Assembly: GCA_963783375.1 (NCBI GenBank)
Contig: CAWANH010000029.1
Span: 1,280,001-1,344,000 of the forward strand
Direction: 5' to 3'
Source: Candidatus Eiseniibacteriota bacterium
GTDB lineage: Bacteria; Eisenbacteria; RBG-16-71-46; JABDJR01
Length of the DNA: 64,000 nt
Shown here piece after piece: positions 50,357-60,251 of this stretch. The notes beneath the pieces were generated by a model. That model saw nothing but the letters and a program-made list of their open reading frames with translations, did not search any database and had not been told where the DNA came from. A program made the position numbers and the translations under genes. How positions within the stretch are numbered: the stretch's first letter is position 1; each line of letters begins with the position of its first letter.

Positions 50357-51112
50357 GTGAACGGGCTCCGAAACGCGCTCTACCTGGCCGCGGGCAGCGT
50401 GGCCTCCACCGCCCTCGGCTTCCTCCTCGGATGGTCGTGGCTCTTCCCGATCCTTGGCGCCGCCGTTCCCTACCCCCTCTTCATCCGCCGGGTCGCCGCC
50501 GCGCGCTACCGGGCCGCGGTGGGGTGGGTGCTCCTGTGGGCGGTTTTCCAGAGCCTCGCGGTGGGAGGGGGAGTATTGCTCTTCCCGGAACGCGCGGCGA
50601 TCACCGTCCACCGCGGCCCCTCCTATGCCCAGGAGATGATTCACTGGGTGCGGACCGGAGAGGGTGAAGAGGGCTCGCCCCGGCTCTACCTTCCCATCCA
50701 CCTCCGCCATTACGCGGGGTTCTGCGCGCTTTCGGTGCTCACCGCGGGGGCGGCATCCCTGGCCCTGGGGACGTGGCTCCTCAACTACATGAACTACTAC
50801 GTGGCCTCCCTGGTCCTGGTGAGCGGGGACCGGGTCACCGCGGCGCTGCTGGGCTGGCCGGTGTGGGCGGAGATCCGCGTGGTGGGCTACGTGATCACCG
50901 GCGCCGCCCTGGCCGCCCTCGGGCTCTCCATCTTCCGCCGGTGGACCGGGAGAAACGGGTCCCCCGAAACAGAGACGGACCGGGAAGCGCGCCTTCGCTT
51001 CCCGGTCCGCGTGTTCCTTCTGGGCCTGGGCCTCGTGGTCCTGGATGCGGCCCTCAAGGCCGTCCTGGCCCCCATCTGGCAGCCGGTGCTGCTCCGGGCC
51101 CTGACCGGCTAG
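50357..51112 (+). CDS. Hypothetical multi-pass membrane protein
   Basis: AGGAGG RBS, about 6-7 hydrophobic segments, coding-like codon usage. Confidence 0.8.
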   Translation: MNGLRNALYLAAGSVASTALGFLLGWSWLFPILGAAVPYPLFIRRVAAARYRAAVGWVLLWAVFQSLAVGGGVLLFPERAAITVHRGPSYAQEMIHWVRTGEGEEGSPRLYLPIHLRHYAGFCALSVLTAGAASLALGTWLLNYMNYYVASLVLVSGDRVTAALLGWPVWAEIRVVGYVITGAALAALGLSIFRRWTGRNGSPETETDREARLRFPVRVFLLGLGLVVLDAALKAVLAPIWQPVLLRALTG

Positions 51113-52857
51113 CTCGTCCCTTCCTCGGTCGTCTCGCCGGAGGCTCCCGTGGTGTCCGCCGGCGCGGCGAGCTGCTCGAGGGCCTGGGTATGGATCGTGA
51201 CCCCGATCTTGGCCCGCTCCTTCTCCAGGAAAGCGTCCAGCTTCTTGTCGGCCAGGAAGGTCCTGGCGTCCTGGTCCACCTGCTGCTTGATCTCCGCGTA
51301 GCTCACGAGCCGCTCGGGCCGGCGGGCCACCACCCGGTACACCGTGGCCAGATCCGTGCGGAGCACGGGGTCGCTGACCCCGCCTTCCTTGAGAGGCGCC
51401 ACCGTGTTGTCGCGGACCACGTCCTGGCCCTCGTAGAGCCACTGCGATTCCCCGTCGGCCACCAGCCCCGGGTCGGTCTTCTGGTACTTGTCCCGGAGGT
51501 CGGTGAACGACGTCCCCTGCTTCCAGTCCTCGGCCAGCTGCTTCATCAGCGCCTCGTCCTTGGAGGCGAAACTGGCCACCTTGTAGGAGGGCGGCGCCTT
51601 GTAGGCGTCCTTGTGGGCCTGGAAATAGGTGTCGATTTCGGCCTGGGTGGGCTTCACGTCCTTGATGACGTCGTTGTAATAGAAGTAGGTGACCCGCATG
51701 TTCTGGGCCCGGTCCAGGAGCCGGGCCTTGAGCACCGGATCGTCGGTGAAATGCAGATCCTCCGCCGCCTTCGAATAGAGGTAGTCCCGCATCAGCACCT
51801 TGAAGACTTCCATCAGGTCCTCTTCGTCGGAGCCGGTGGGCCATAGGCCGGAGGGATACCACTCCAGGCGGTTGGCGAAATCCCGGGCCGTCCAGTCGGG
51901 AGCGTTTTCGAAGTCCACCACCTTGGTCGTCTCCTCCGCGGCGGTGAAGGGAGGCGTGGACCGCTGGGAGTCGAGCTTGGCGTAGGGATTGTCCATCTGG
52001 CTCGGGCTCGGCTGCCAGTAGTACTTGGTCATGAGGAGGGCCTTGCCCTCGGCCGGGTAGCTGGGGCCGGCCGCCGCGATCAACGAGTCGAGAACGGCCT
52101 TCTGCCGGTTGAAGTAGAGCGGCTGGCGGAGGGTCTGATCCAGAACGCCGTCCATTTCCTGGCGGGAAGACGCCACATCGGCCGGACGCTCATCGAGGAC
52201 CTTGAAGAAGTAGGTCCCCATCGCATCCTTCATCGGGCCCAGGGTGCTCCCCACCGGAGCGGTCCAAACCGCCGAGTCCACCGCCCAGGGCAGGGTCCCG
52301 GCCTTGGTCCACCCCATGTCCCCGTCCCGGCCCTCGCCCACCCACTGGGCGGAATAGTCCTTGGCCAGTTTCTGGAAATCGACGCCCTTGTCGAGCTGTT
52401 CCTTGATGAACTTGTCCACTCCGGGGTCGACGATCAGCATGCCCAGGAGGTGGCGCTCGCGACCCATGTGGGCGTAGAGCGAATCCTTCATCCCCTCGGT
52501 GACGTGAACCTGGTCCTTGACCAGCTTGGCCAGGACCAGGTGGGAGACCTGGGTGTCCCGAAAGCGGCGCAGGCGCCACTGCTGCTGGAGAATCAGGTCC
52601 GGATAGACCTCGGTGGCCGCGATCTCCATCAGATCCTTGTTGATGAGATCCTTGAGAAGACCCTGCTTGCCCTCCATCTGGGTGAGATCGGGGCGTTCCT
52701 GGGGCTTCATCTTGAGGTACGCCTGCTCGAAGTCGGAGGCGCGGACGGTCCGATTCCCGACTTCGGCCAGGACGGGATCATCCGAGTTCTGGCCGCACCC
52801 GACGATCATCGCCGCCGAGAGGGCGACGAGCCCCGCCAGTACGTGGATTCGCTTCAT
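51109..52857 (-). CDS. Parvulin-type peptidyl-prolyl isomerase lipoprotein (SurA/PrsA-like, two rotamase domains)
   Basis: Lipobox IVGC; VLAEVGNRTV; DFQKLAKDYS..DGDMGW; a second degenerate rotamase region (LKEGGVSDPV). Confidence 0.82.
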   Translation of the reverse strand: MKRIHVLAGLVALSAAMIVGCGQNSDDPVLAEVGNRTVRASDFEQAYLKMKPQERPDLTQMEGKQGLLKDLINKDLMEIAATEVYPDLILQQQWRLRRFRDTQVSHLVLAKLVKDQVHVTEGMKDSLYAHMGRERHLLGMLIVDPGVDKFIKEQLDKGVDFQKLAKDYSAQWVGEGRDGDMGWTKAGTLPWAVDSAVWTAPVGSTLGPMKDAMGTYFFKVLDERPADVASSRQEMDGVLDQTLRQPLYFNRQKAVLDSLIAAAGPSYPAEGKALLMTKYYWQPSPSQMDNPYAKLDSQRSTPPFTAAEETTKVVDFENAPDWTARDFANRLEWYPSGLWPTGSDEEDLMEVFKVLMRDYLYSKAAEDLHFTDDPVLKARLLDRAQNMRVTYFYYNDVIKDVKPTQAEIDTYFQAHKDAYKAPPSYKVASFASKDEALMKQLAEDWKQGTSFTDLRDKYQKTDPGLVADGESQWLYEGQDVVRDNTVAPLKEGGVSDPVLRTDLATVYRVVARRPERLVSYAEIKQQVDQDARTFLADKKLDAFLEKERAKIGVTIHTQALEQLAAPADTTGASGETTEEGTS

Positions 52858-53107
52858 GTGATGGAACCTCCCTATGGCCAGAAAGGGGCGACCCGACGGT
52901 CGCCCCCAAAGCACCGAAAAACCCCTGGAAGTGTACCCTACCGGGAACGGTACCCTCAAGGTACGCCTCCCCGGGGGACCCATTCCACTACCGGGGGGGA
53001 GCTTGCTTGATTCCGGCCTCATCCGGCTGGTATCCTCTTCTGCCTTCGATGACAGGGACGGTACGGAACCGTGTCCGGGAGCCTCACACTCTGAGAGAGC
53101 CGATCCG

Positions 53108-56100
53108 TTGAATCCTAAGCCTTCCCCGGAGCAACGCGGCGCGCGTGCCGGACTGAGCCCGCTCGAGTCGGCCGTCCTCGCCCTCTTCTTCCTATCCGGC
53201 GCCAGCGCACTGGTCTACGAGGTGGTGTGGACGCGGGAGTTCACCACCGTCTTCGGCGGCTCCGCGTTCGCCATCGCCACCGTCCTCGCGGCATACATGG
53301 CCGGACTCGCCCTGGGGAGCACGGTCTTCGGCCGGTCCATCGACCGTCGCGGCCACCCTCTGCTGGTGTACGGGCTGCTCGAGGCCGCGGTGGGGGTCTG
53401 GGCGCTCCTGCTGCCCGCCATCCTCCACTTCCTGGACGGGGTGTACGGGGGGATCTACCGCGCGATGGAGCCGGGACCCTACGCCCTGGCCCTGATCCGC
53501 TTCGTGCTGAGCTTCGCCGTGCTCCTCGTCCCCACCACCATGATGGGCGGCACCCTTCCCGTCCTCGGGAAGCTCCTCTTCCGGAACTGGAAGGGGCTGG
53601 GGACCCGGGCCGGGCTCCTCTACGGGTCCAATACCCTGGGGGCGGTCCTGGGGACGGTGGTCGGCGGCTTCTTCCTCCTCCCCGGCATCGGCCTGAACGG
53701 CTCCACCTACGTGGCCGCGGTATTCAACGGGGTGGTGGCGGTGGCGGCGGTCCTTCTGGCCCGCGCCTTCCCTTTCCGGTCCGCTCCCCCGTCCCCCGAG
53801 GCCGCAGCGCCCGCCCCCCGGGCCTCCGCCCTACCGGCGGATCCCTCCGGCGCCGGCCTCCGGCGCACCGTGCTCTGGGTCTACGCGGCCAGTGGATTCG
53901 CCGCCCTGGCCTACGAGGTGGCCTGGACCAAGACCCTCTCCATGGTCCTGGGGACCACGAACTACGCGTTCACCTCCATGCTGGCTACCTTCCTCCTCGG
54001 CCTCTCCCTGGGGAGCCTCCTGTTCGCGCGGCTGGCCGACCGCTACGGTCGGCCCGAATCCCTGCTGGCCCTGGTCCAGGCGGGGATCCCGCTGTTCGCG
54101 CTCTTCACCATCCCGATCATGGGGCACATGCCCCAGTGGTTCGTGGACGCCTTCCCGCACCTCAATGGCTCGTGGTTCAAGATCGAGACCTTCCGGGTGC
54201 TCCTGGCCGGTTCGGCCATGTTCATCCCCACCGTGCTCATGGGGGGAACGTTCCCGCTGGTCACCCGCGCCTACGTGAACCGCTCCCAAACCGGGCGGAG
54301 CCTGGGCGCCCTCTACGCCGCCAACACCCTGGGAGCCATCGGCGGCTCCTTCCTGACCGGCTTCGTGCTGGTGCCCTGGCTCGGCCGGCAGAACTCCATC
54401 CTCGCCGCATCCCTGGTGAACGTGGCCGCCGCGATCCTGCTCCTCGCCGTCCTCGGCCGGCGGCGGGTGCCGGGAGCGATCCGGTGGGGCCTGGCGGTGG
54501 TGGTGCTGGGCATGGTGCCCGCGACCATCCTGGGCTTCCAGCGCTGGAACCCGCTGGTGATGGCCTCGGGTGCATACCTGTACGCCGGGGAACTGGGCAA
54601 GTATCCATCGATCGAGGAGAGCGCGGCCGGGGCGGACATCCTGCTCTACGACGAGGCCACCGAGGCCACGGTCTCGGTCTGGCAGACCGAGCAGGTCACC
54701 TCGCTCCGGACCAACGGCAAGGTGGAGGCCTCGACCCACGGCGACATGATCACCCAGAAGCTCATCTCCCACCTCCCGGTCTTCTACCACGCCGGAGAGG
54801 TGAAGGACGGGCTCATGATCGGCCTGGCCAGCGGGATCTCCGTCGGTTCGCTCCTCACCCACCCCTTCGAGCGGGTCGAGACCGTCGAGCTCATCCCCAG
54901 CATGGTGGACGTCGCGGGCTGGTTCGAGGACTTCAACCGCCGGTGCCTGGACGATCCACGTCACAAGCTCATCATCAACGACGGCCGGAACTACCTCCTC
55001 CTCACCCGGGAGAAGTACGACGTCATCGTGAGCGAGCCCTCCAACCCCTGGATCGCCGGGGTGAGCGCGCTGTTCACCCGCCAGTTCTTCGAACTGACCA
55101 AGCAGCACCTGAAACCGGGGGGAGTGGTCTGCCAGTGGGTGCAGATCTACCAGTACACCGAGGCCGATCTCAAGACCATGCTGGCGACGTTCATCGACGC
55201 CTACCCCTACGTTCACCTGTGGCGGGCCGCGCCGGGGGACCTCATCCTGGTGGGGAGCCTGAGCCCGCTCCACTTCCACCTGGACCAGGCCGAGGCCTCG
55301 TTGAACGGCCCGGTGGGCGACGACCTGCGCCAGATCGAGGTTCTCCCCCTCTCCCAGCTCCTGGCCTACTACCTCACCGACCGGGACGGGATCCAGCATT
55401 GGGTGGGCGACTGGCCCAAGCGGGTGACCGACGACAACCTCTACCTGGAGTACGCCGTTCCCCGCCATATGTACGACCTGAGCGGGCAGGTCAACATGAT
55501 GGTCCTCCAGGACGAACTGAAGCCGGTCACCCCGATCCTGGAGCCGGCCCCCACGGACAGCTCGCTGGCCGAATCCATCGACCGGTTCCGGCGCGCCCGG
55601 ATCCTCACCCTCCGGGCCCGGTTCCGGGGCCAGATTCCCCCCGGAACGCGGAACCTGGACGAGGCTCTTGGCCTGGCCATGGAGATCGAGCCGCGGGAAA
55701 TCCTGACCCGAACCCTGCTCTCCCACGACATCAACGAGCGGGGCATCCAGAAACTCCTGAACGGACAGTCCGCTCCGGCGGAGACGTACTTCCTCCGGGC
55801 GGCCAGGATCGGGGATTCCCTGGAGAAGGGGCTGGCCCTGAGCAACATCGGCACGATCAAGTTCCAGGCCGGGGATCTGGACAGCGCCCAGGTGTACTGG
55901 GATGAAGCCCGGGCCACGACGCCGGTGTACCCCACGCTCTCCTTCAACCTGGCGCTTCTGGCCGCTCGCCGGGGAAATTACGCCGAGGCGGTGAAGCAGT
56001 ACGCGGAGGTGGTGCACTGGAGCCCCGGAAACGCCCGGGCTCTGGGCGGTCTGGCCTACAACCGCGCCCTCCTGGGCCGGGATCTCGACCAGGCCCTCGT

Positions 56101-56380
56101 CGAGGCGAAACGAGCGGTGGCCCTGAGCCCGGTGGCGAACAACCTGGATACCCAGGGGTTCGTGCTGATCAAGCTAGAACGCTGGAAAGAGGCGGAGAAG
56201 GTCCTCGAACGCGCCGTGAATCTGGCCCCCGACCAGATGGCGATGCTCCTCCACCTGGGAATGGCGCGGGCCGGATCCGGAGCCGTCGACGGGGCCCGCA
56301 CCGCCTTCCAGGCCGTGGTGGACCGGAGCAAGGATCCGGACCTCGTTCGTGAGGCCCGGGAAGCCCTGGGGAAGCTGTGA
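53108..56380 (+). CDS. Fused MFS-like / spermidine synthase-like protein with C-terminal TPRs
   Basis: LFFLSGASALVYEVVWTR, duplicated LY..NTLGA repeats, IGLASG, DGRNYL, YDVIVSEPSNPW and TPRs. TTG start approximate. Confidence 0.88.
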   Translation: MNPKPSPEQRGARAGLSPLESAVLALFFLSGASALVYEVVWTREFTTVFGGSAFAIATVLAAYMAGLALGSTVFGRSIDRRGHPLLVYGLLEAAVGVWALLLPAILHFLDGVYGGIYRAMEPGPYALALIRFVLSFAVLLVPTTMMGGTLPVLGKLLFRNWKGLGTRAGLLYGSNTLGAVLGTVVGGFFLLPGIGLNGSTYVAAVFNGVVAVAAVLLARAFPFRSAPPSPEAAAPAPRASALPADPSGAGLRRTVLWVYAASGFAALAYEVAWTKTLSMVLGTTNYAFTSMLATFLLGLSLGSLLFARLADRYGRPESLLALVQAGIPLFALFTIPIMGHMPQWFVDAFPHLNGSWFKIETFRVLLAGSAMFIPTVLMGGTFPLVTRAYVNRSQTGRSLGALYAANTLGAIGGSFLTGFVLVPWLGRQNSILAASLVNVAAAILLLAVLGRRRVPGAIRWGLAVVVLGMVPATILGFQRWNPLVMASGAYLYAGELGKYPSIEESAAGADILLYDEATEATVSVWQTEQVTSLRTNGKVEASTHGDMITQKLISHLPVFYHAGEVKDGLMIGLASGISVGSLLTHPFERVETVELIPSMVDVAGWFEDFNRRCLDDPRHKLIINDGRNYLLLTREKYDVIVSEPSNPWIAGVSALFTRQFFELTKQHLKPGGVVCQWVQIYQYTEADLKTMLATFIDAYPYVHLWRAAPGDLILVGSLSPLHFHLDQAEASLNGPVGDDLRQIEVLPLSQLLAYYLTDRDGIQHWVGDWPKRVTDDNLYLEYAVPRHMYDLSGQVNMMVLQDELKPVTPILEPAPTDSSLAESIDRFRRARILTLRARFRGQIPPGTRNLDEALGLAMEIEPREILTRTLLSHDINERGIQKLLNGQSAPAETYFLRAARIGDSLEKGLALSNIGTIKFQAGDLDSAQVYWDEARATTPVYPTLSFNLALLAARRGNYAEAVKQYAEVVHWSPGNARALGGLAYNRALLGRDLDQALVEAKRAVALSPVANNLDTQGFVLIKLERWKEAEKVLERAVNLAPDQMAMLLHLGMARAGSGAVDGARTAFQAVVDRSKDPDLVREAREALGKL

Positions 56381-56393
56381 GGGGAGCCTGACC

Positions 56394-58595
56394 ATGAAAC
56401 GAATCATCCCGCTGACCGTCTTCGCGGCCGGCGTCGTCGCCCTGACCGCCGTCTCCGTGCTTTCCGTCGATCGGGGCCCCTTCGAGCGCACCCCGGTGGG
56501 GAGCGAGCAGGGCTATTGGGACGCCGCCCGGCAGGTGGCCTCGAGCGGGGCCGCCCCGGCTCAGCTCAACGTGCACCCCAGCCCGATCTATGTCCGGGCG
56601 CTCGCCGTCCTGGCCTCCGACGACCCTTCGGCCGCCCGCCGAGCCCATCGTATCCTCACCGCCGTCTTCCTCCCCCTGATCGCGCTCGGAGTGCTCGGCC
56701 TGGCCTGGAAACGGAGCGGACCGTGGGCCGCGACTACGGCCGGGATCCTCGCCGCGGCGGCCGGGCCGCTGGTGATGAGCGCGGGGGCCTTCAGCCCCGC
56801 GATCCCCGGGGCCCTCCTGGGGCTCGCCGCCCTCCTGGTCCTGGACGGGAAGCGGACCATGGCCTCCTGGGCGGTGGCCGGACTCCTGGTGGGCCTTGCC
56901 GGACGCATGGACGCGACCCTGGGATGGAGCCTCGGCCTCATTCTCCTGATCCTGGCCCTTTTCGCCTCCGGCCGGGGCGGTCGTTCGCGCCTCCCCGCCG
57001 TCATCCTCTTCCTCGGACTCTGGGCGGGGGGATCGGCCGCCGCGGGAGCGCTGGCCGGAACCTCGGACGTTCTCCCCCCGGTTCGAGGCGTGGACGTCTA
57101 CCGGGGGAACCGCGCCGAGGCCTCGGGGGTCGAGCCGCAACGCGGCGATCACGACGGCAGGGCCTGGTGGGTCCGCCGGGATTTCACCCGCGAGGCCGGG
57201 CGGGCCGAGAACCGTCCGGTCACCGCCGCCCAGACCGACCGGTACTGGGCGGGGCAGGCGCTCCGCGAGGCGTTCACCCATCCGCTCTCGAGCTTGAAGC
57301 GGACCGGGGTCAAGGTGCTGGCCACCTTCACCGGCGAGCCCCTGCCCCGCGAGGTGAGCGCGGCCTTCCTGCGCGACCGCGTGGAGGGGGGGTGGCTCAA
57401 CGTCATCACCTGGGCGGGGCGGATCCTCATCCCCCTGGGCCTGGTGGGGCTGGTCCTCCGCCGGCGGAAGGCGGGCGGGCTTCTGTGGGCGGGAGCCCTG
57501 TCCGGGCTCCTGGCCGCGCTCCTCACCACCGCCGACGCCGACACCCGACAGCTCACGGTCATGACGCTCCTCGCCGGGTTCGCCCTCTTTCTCACCGCGG
57601 TTCTCGATGCCCCGGCGCGGACCCGGATCGCCGCGGTGGCGGGAGGGCTGGCCGCGATCGCGATCTGGGGGATCTGGGCCCCGGCGGGCGCCGTCCCCGG
57701 CCTGGGGATCACCGGTCAGGACGTCTTCCAGCTCGGCTCGGTCTACGACCGGGAGAAGCGGGGCTCGGCGGCGCTCCGGGAATACGAGCGGTCCCTTCGT
57801 CTCGATCCGGCGAACCCGTACCCGCGGTTCGCCCTGGCCGCCATGCTGGTCCGCGACAACGTGAACGAGGAGGCCACCCGGGAGCTGGAGTCCCTGCGCA
57901 CCGACCACCCCGACTTCGTCCCCGGGCTGGCGGCCCTGGCCCGGCTCTACGAGCACAAGCAGGACTGGCGGGGGGCGGCCAACGTCTACGGCGATCTCCT
58001 GAATCTCGATCCGGTGAACGCGGAGTACTGGAACAACCTCGGCACCCTGGACGCGCAGATGGGAATCTACGATCAGGCGGCCATGGCCTTCCAGAGGGCC
58101 CTCCAGCTGAACCCCGCCTATGATGTGGCCCGGAACAACCTGCAGTCCCTCCGGGATCAGGGGCTGGTGGTGACCGCGGGCGGCGCCCCCGCCGACACCA
58201 CGGCGGTGATGGCCCCCGCCGATTCGCTTCGACTCATCCAGGAGCGCGTGTTGGGGCTCATCCAGAACCGGGACTTCGAGGGGGCGGAACAGGTGCTCCA
58301 GGACGCCTACCGGCGGATGGGGCGTCGCCCGGAGCTGGTCTACGCCGACGGGACCCTGAAGCTGGTGTGGGGGAAGTCCGGCGAGGCGGCGGAGCTCTTC
58401 GAGTCCATCTACCCCCGGATGAAGCAGAACCAGTTCTACCTCAACAACCTCGCCGCGGCCTATGCCAACCAGGGCGAGTTGAAGAAGGCGGAGAAGACCT
58501 GGAAGGAGGCGCTGGCGCTGCAGCCCTCCAACGTCCGCATCCAGCAGAGCCTGGCCCGGGTCCAGGCCCGGATCGACTCGCTCGGCGCGAAGTGA
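56394..58595 (+). CDS. Multi-TM GT-C-like (PMT/ArnT-like) protein with C-terminal TPRs
   Basis: YWDAARQV, SPIY, about 10-12 TM segments, VYRGN, then TPRs (YWNNLGTL, YLNNLAAAY). Confidence 0.7.
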   Translation: MKRIIPLTVFAAGVVALTAVSVLSVDRGPFERTPVGSEQGYWDAARQVASSGAAPAQLNVHPSPIYVRALAVLASDDPSAARRAHRILTAVFLPLIALGVLGLAWKRSGPWAATTAGILAAAAGPLVMSAGAFSPAIPGALLGLAALLVLDGKRTMASWAVAGLLVGLAGRMDATLGWSLGLILLILALFASGRGGRSRLPAVILFLGLWAGGSAAAGALAGTSDVLPPVRGVDVYRGNRAEASGVEPQRGDHDGRAWWVRRDFTREAGRAENRPVTAAQTDRYWAGQALREAFTHPLSSLKRTGVKVLATFTGEPLPREVSAAFLRDRVEGGWLNVITWAGRILIPLGLVGLVLRRRKAGGLLWAGALSGLLAALLTTADADTRQLTVMTLLAGFALFLTAVLDAPARTRIAAVAGGLAAIAIWGIWAPAGAVPGLGITGQDVFQLGSVYDREKRGSAALREYERSLRLDPANPYPRFALAAMLVRDNVNEEATRELESLRTDHPDFVPGLAALARLYEHKQDWRGAANVYGDLLNLDPVNAEYWNNLGTLDAQMGIYDQAAMAFQRALQLNPAYDVARNNLQSLRDQGLVVTAGGAPADTTAVMAPADSLRLIQERVLGLIQNRDFEGAEQVLQDAYRRMGRRPELVYADGTLKLVWGKSGEAAELFESIYPRMKQNQFYLNNLAAAYANQGELKKAEKTWKEALALQPSNVRIQQSLARVQARIDSLGAK

Positions 58596-58614
58596 GGCCC
58601 GCTCCGGGCGCCCG

Positions 58615-60251
58615 CTACTGGATGTAGGGCAGCGCCCGCAACCGCTCCTTCTGCTCCGGGGTCAGCACCTGGGCCGGCGCCCGGTCGAGAAGGAACCCCG
58701 GCACCGATTTCCTGCTCACCGGGTGCTTGTTCAGGAAGTCGGGCTTCATCACCTCGGTCCACACCCGCCCGTCCATCGCGTCGGGGACCACCTGCCCCAT
58801 GAGGGCCAGGAGGGACGGCGTCACGTCGATGATCTGGGCGTCCTTGAAGTCGCCACCCGCGGCCAGGCGCGCCCGGGCGTCCCCCTCGCGATTCCGGTGC
58901 ACGGCGGGACCGCGCACCGCGATGACTCCCTGGGGGCGATGGTTGGCGGTGAACGAGGTGGTCCAGACGTCCTGGAAGTAGGGGACGTCGGCCTTGACCG
59001 AGTCCGGCACCCCGCGGGTCACGAAGTAGTGCGGGATCTCCTGGAAGACCACGTCCGGGGCCTTCTCCACCACCGGCCCCTTGTAGAGGTCCTCGCGGCG
59101 GAAGATGTTCTCGAAGGGGCAGAGACCGGTCTTGGGGTCGTGGAGATTCATGGCCATCGTCTCGAACTTGTCGATGAACGCCTGACGGTCCGAACTCCCC
59201 TCGAGCCCTCCCTGCAGGATGTAGTGCATGATGCCGTTGGTGATGGTCATCTGGGGGACGGCGTGGGTGCCGAGCCACTCGGGTATGTCGGTGTCCTCGA
59301 CCCAGTTCGACAGGTTGAGCTGGCGATAGATGGGCCCGAATCCGTGGTCGGACATCACCAGCACGGTGGCGTCGGGGGGGAGCGCGGCCACCAGATCCCC
59401 GAACATCACGTCCAACCGCTCCCAGACGTCCTGGATGGCGTTCCCGAACTCCTTCGCCCCCTCCGCGGTGTGCTCGGGGTGGTTGGGGTCCATGTCCTTC
59501 CAGAAGAAGTGCTGCACCTTGTCCGAGGCGGTGAAGACCATCCAGATGAAGTCGTACTTTCCCGAATCGATCCACTGGCCGGCCACCCTGAACCGGTCTT
59601 CCTGGCGGCCTGAATGCCCTTCAGCATCTCGGCCTGGGTGCGGGTGAACAGGCTCTCCCCCAGATAGTCCAGGAGGTAGGGACCGAGCTGCTTCTGATAC
59701 TCGGGGGGATAGGTGTAGTTCACGTCACCGCTGGGGAAGGGGAACCCGCTGATCATCCTTCCCCGCACCGGGTCGGGAGGGTAGGTCATGGGGACGTTCA
59801 GCACCCCCACCCGGTAGCCGGCGTCCGAGAGGAGCATCCAGATGGGGGTGGCCCGCCGGTTGGTCGCGGTCTCGAGGATCTGCCCGTCCCCGGTCGGATC
59901 CTGCTTCTGAAAGTCGTAGATGCCGTGCTTGCCGGGATTGACCCCGGTGAAGCCCGAGGTCCAGCACACCGGGCTCAGGATGGGGTAGACGGTGGTCAGG
60001 TCCCCCACCGCCGCCTCGTCCATGAACCCCTTCAGATGGGGGAGCTTCCCCTCCTCCATCCAGGGCACCAGGAGATCCCAGGTCGCCCCGTCCATCCCGA
60101 TCACCACCACCGGAGGCTTGGACTTCCCGCACCCCCCCGTCCCCAACGCGAGCCCCGCCGCCGCCACGGCCAGCAGGCTCAGTACCAACCCCGCAAACGC
60201 TCCCCGCCGCCGCCGGGCCGGGGCCGTTCCGCTGCGCGACTCACTGGACAT
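58615..60251 (-). pseudogene. Alkaline phosphatase superfamily (type I phosphodiesterase / nucleotide pyrophosphatase) lipoprotein with one frameshift near 59600
   Basis: IGMDGATW, SPVCWTSGFTGVNPGKHGIYDF, then in another frame SDKVQHFFW, MSDHGF, ANHRPQG, IDVTPS and ERLRALPY. Confidence 0.82.
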
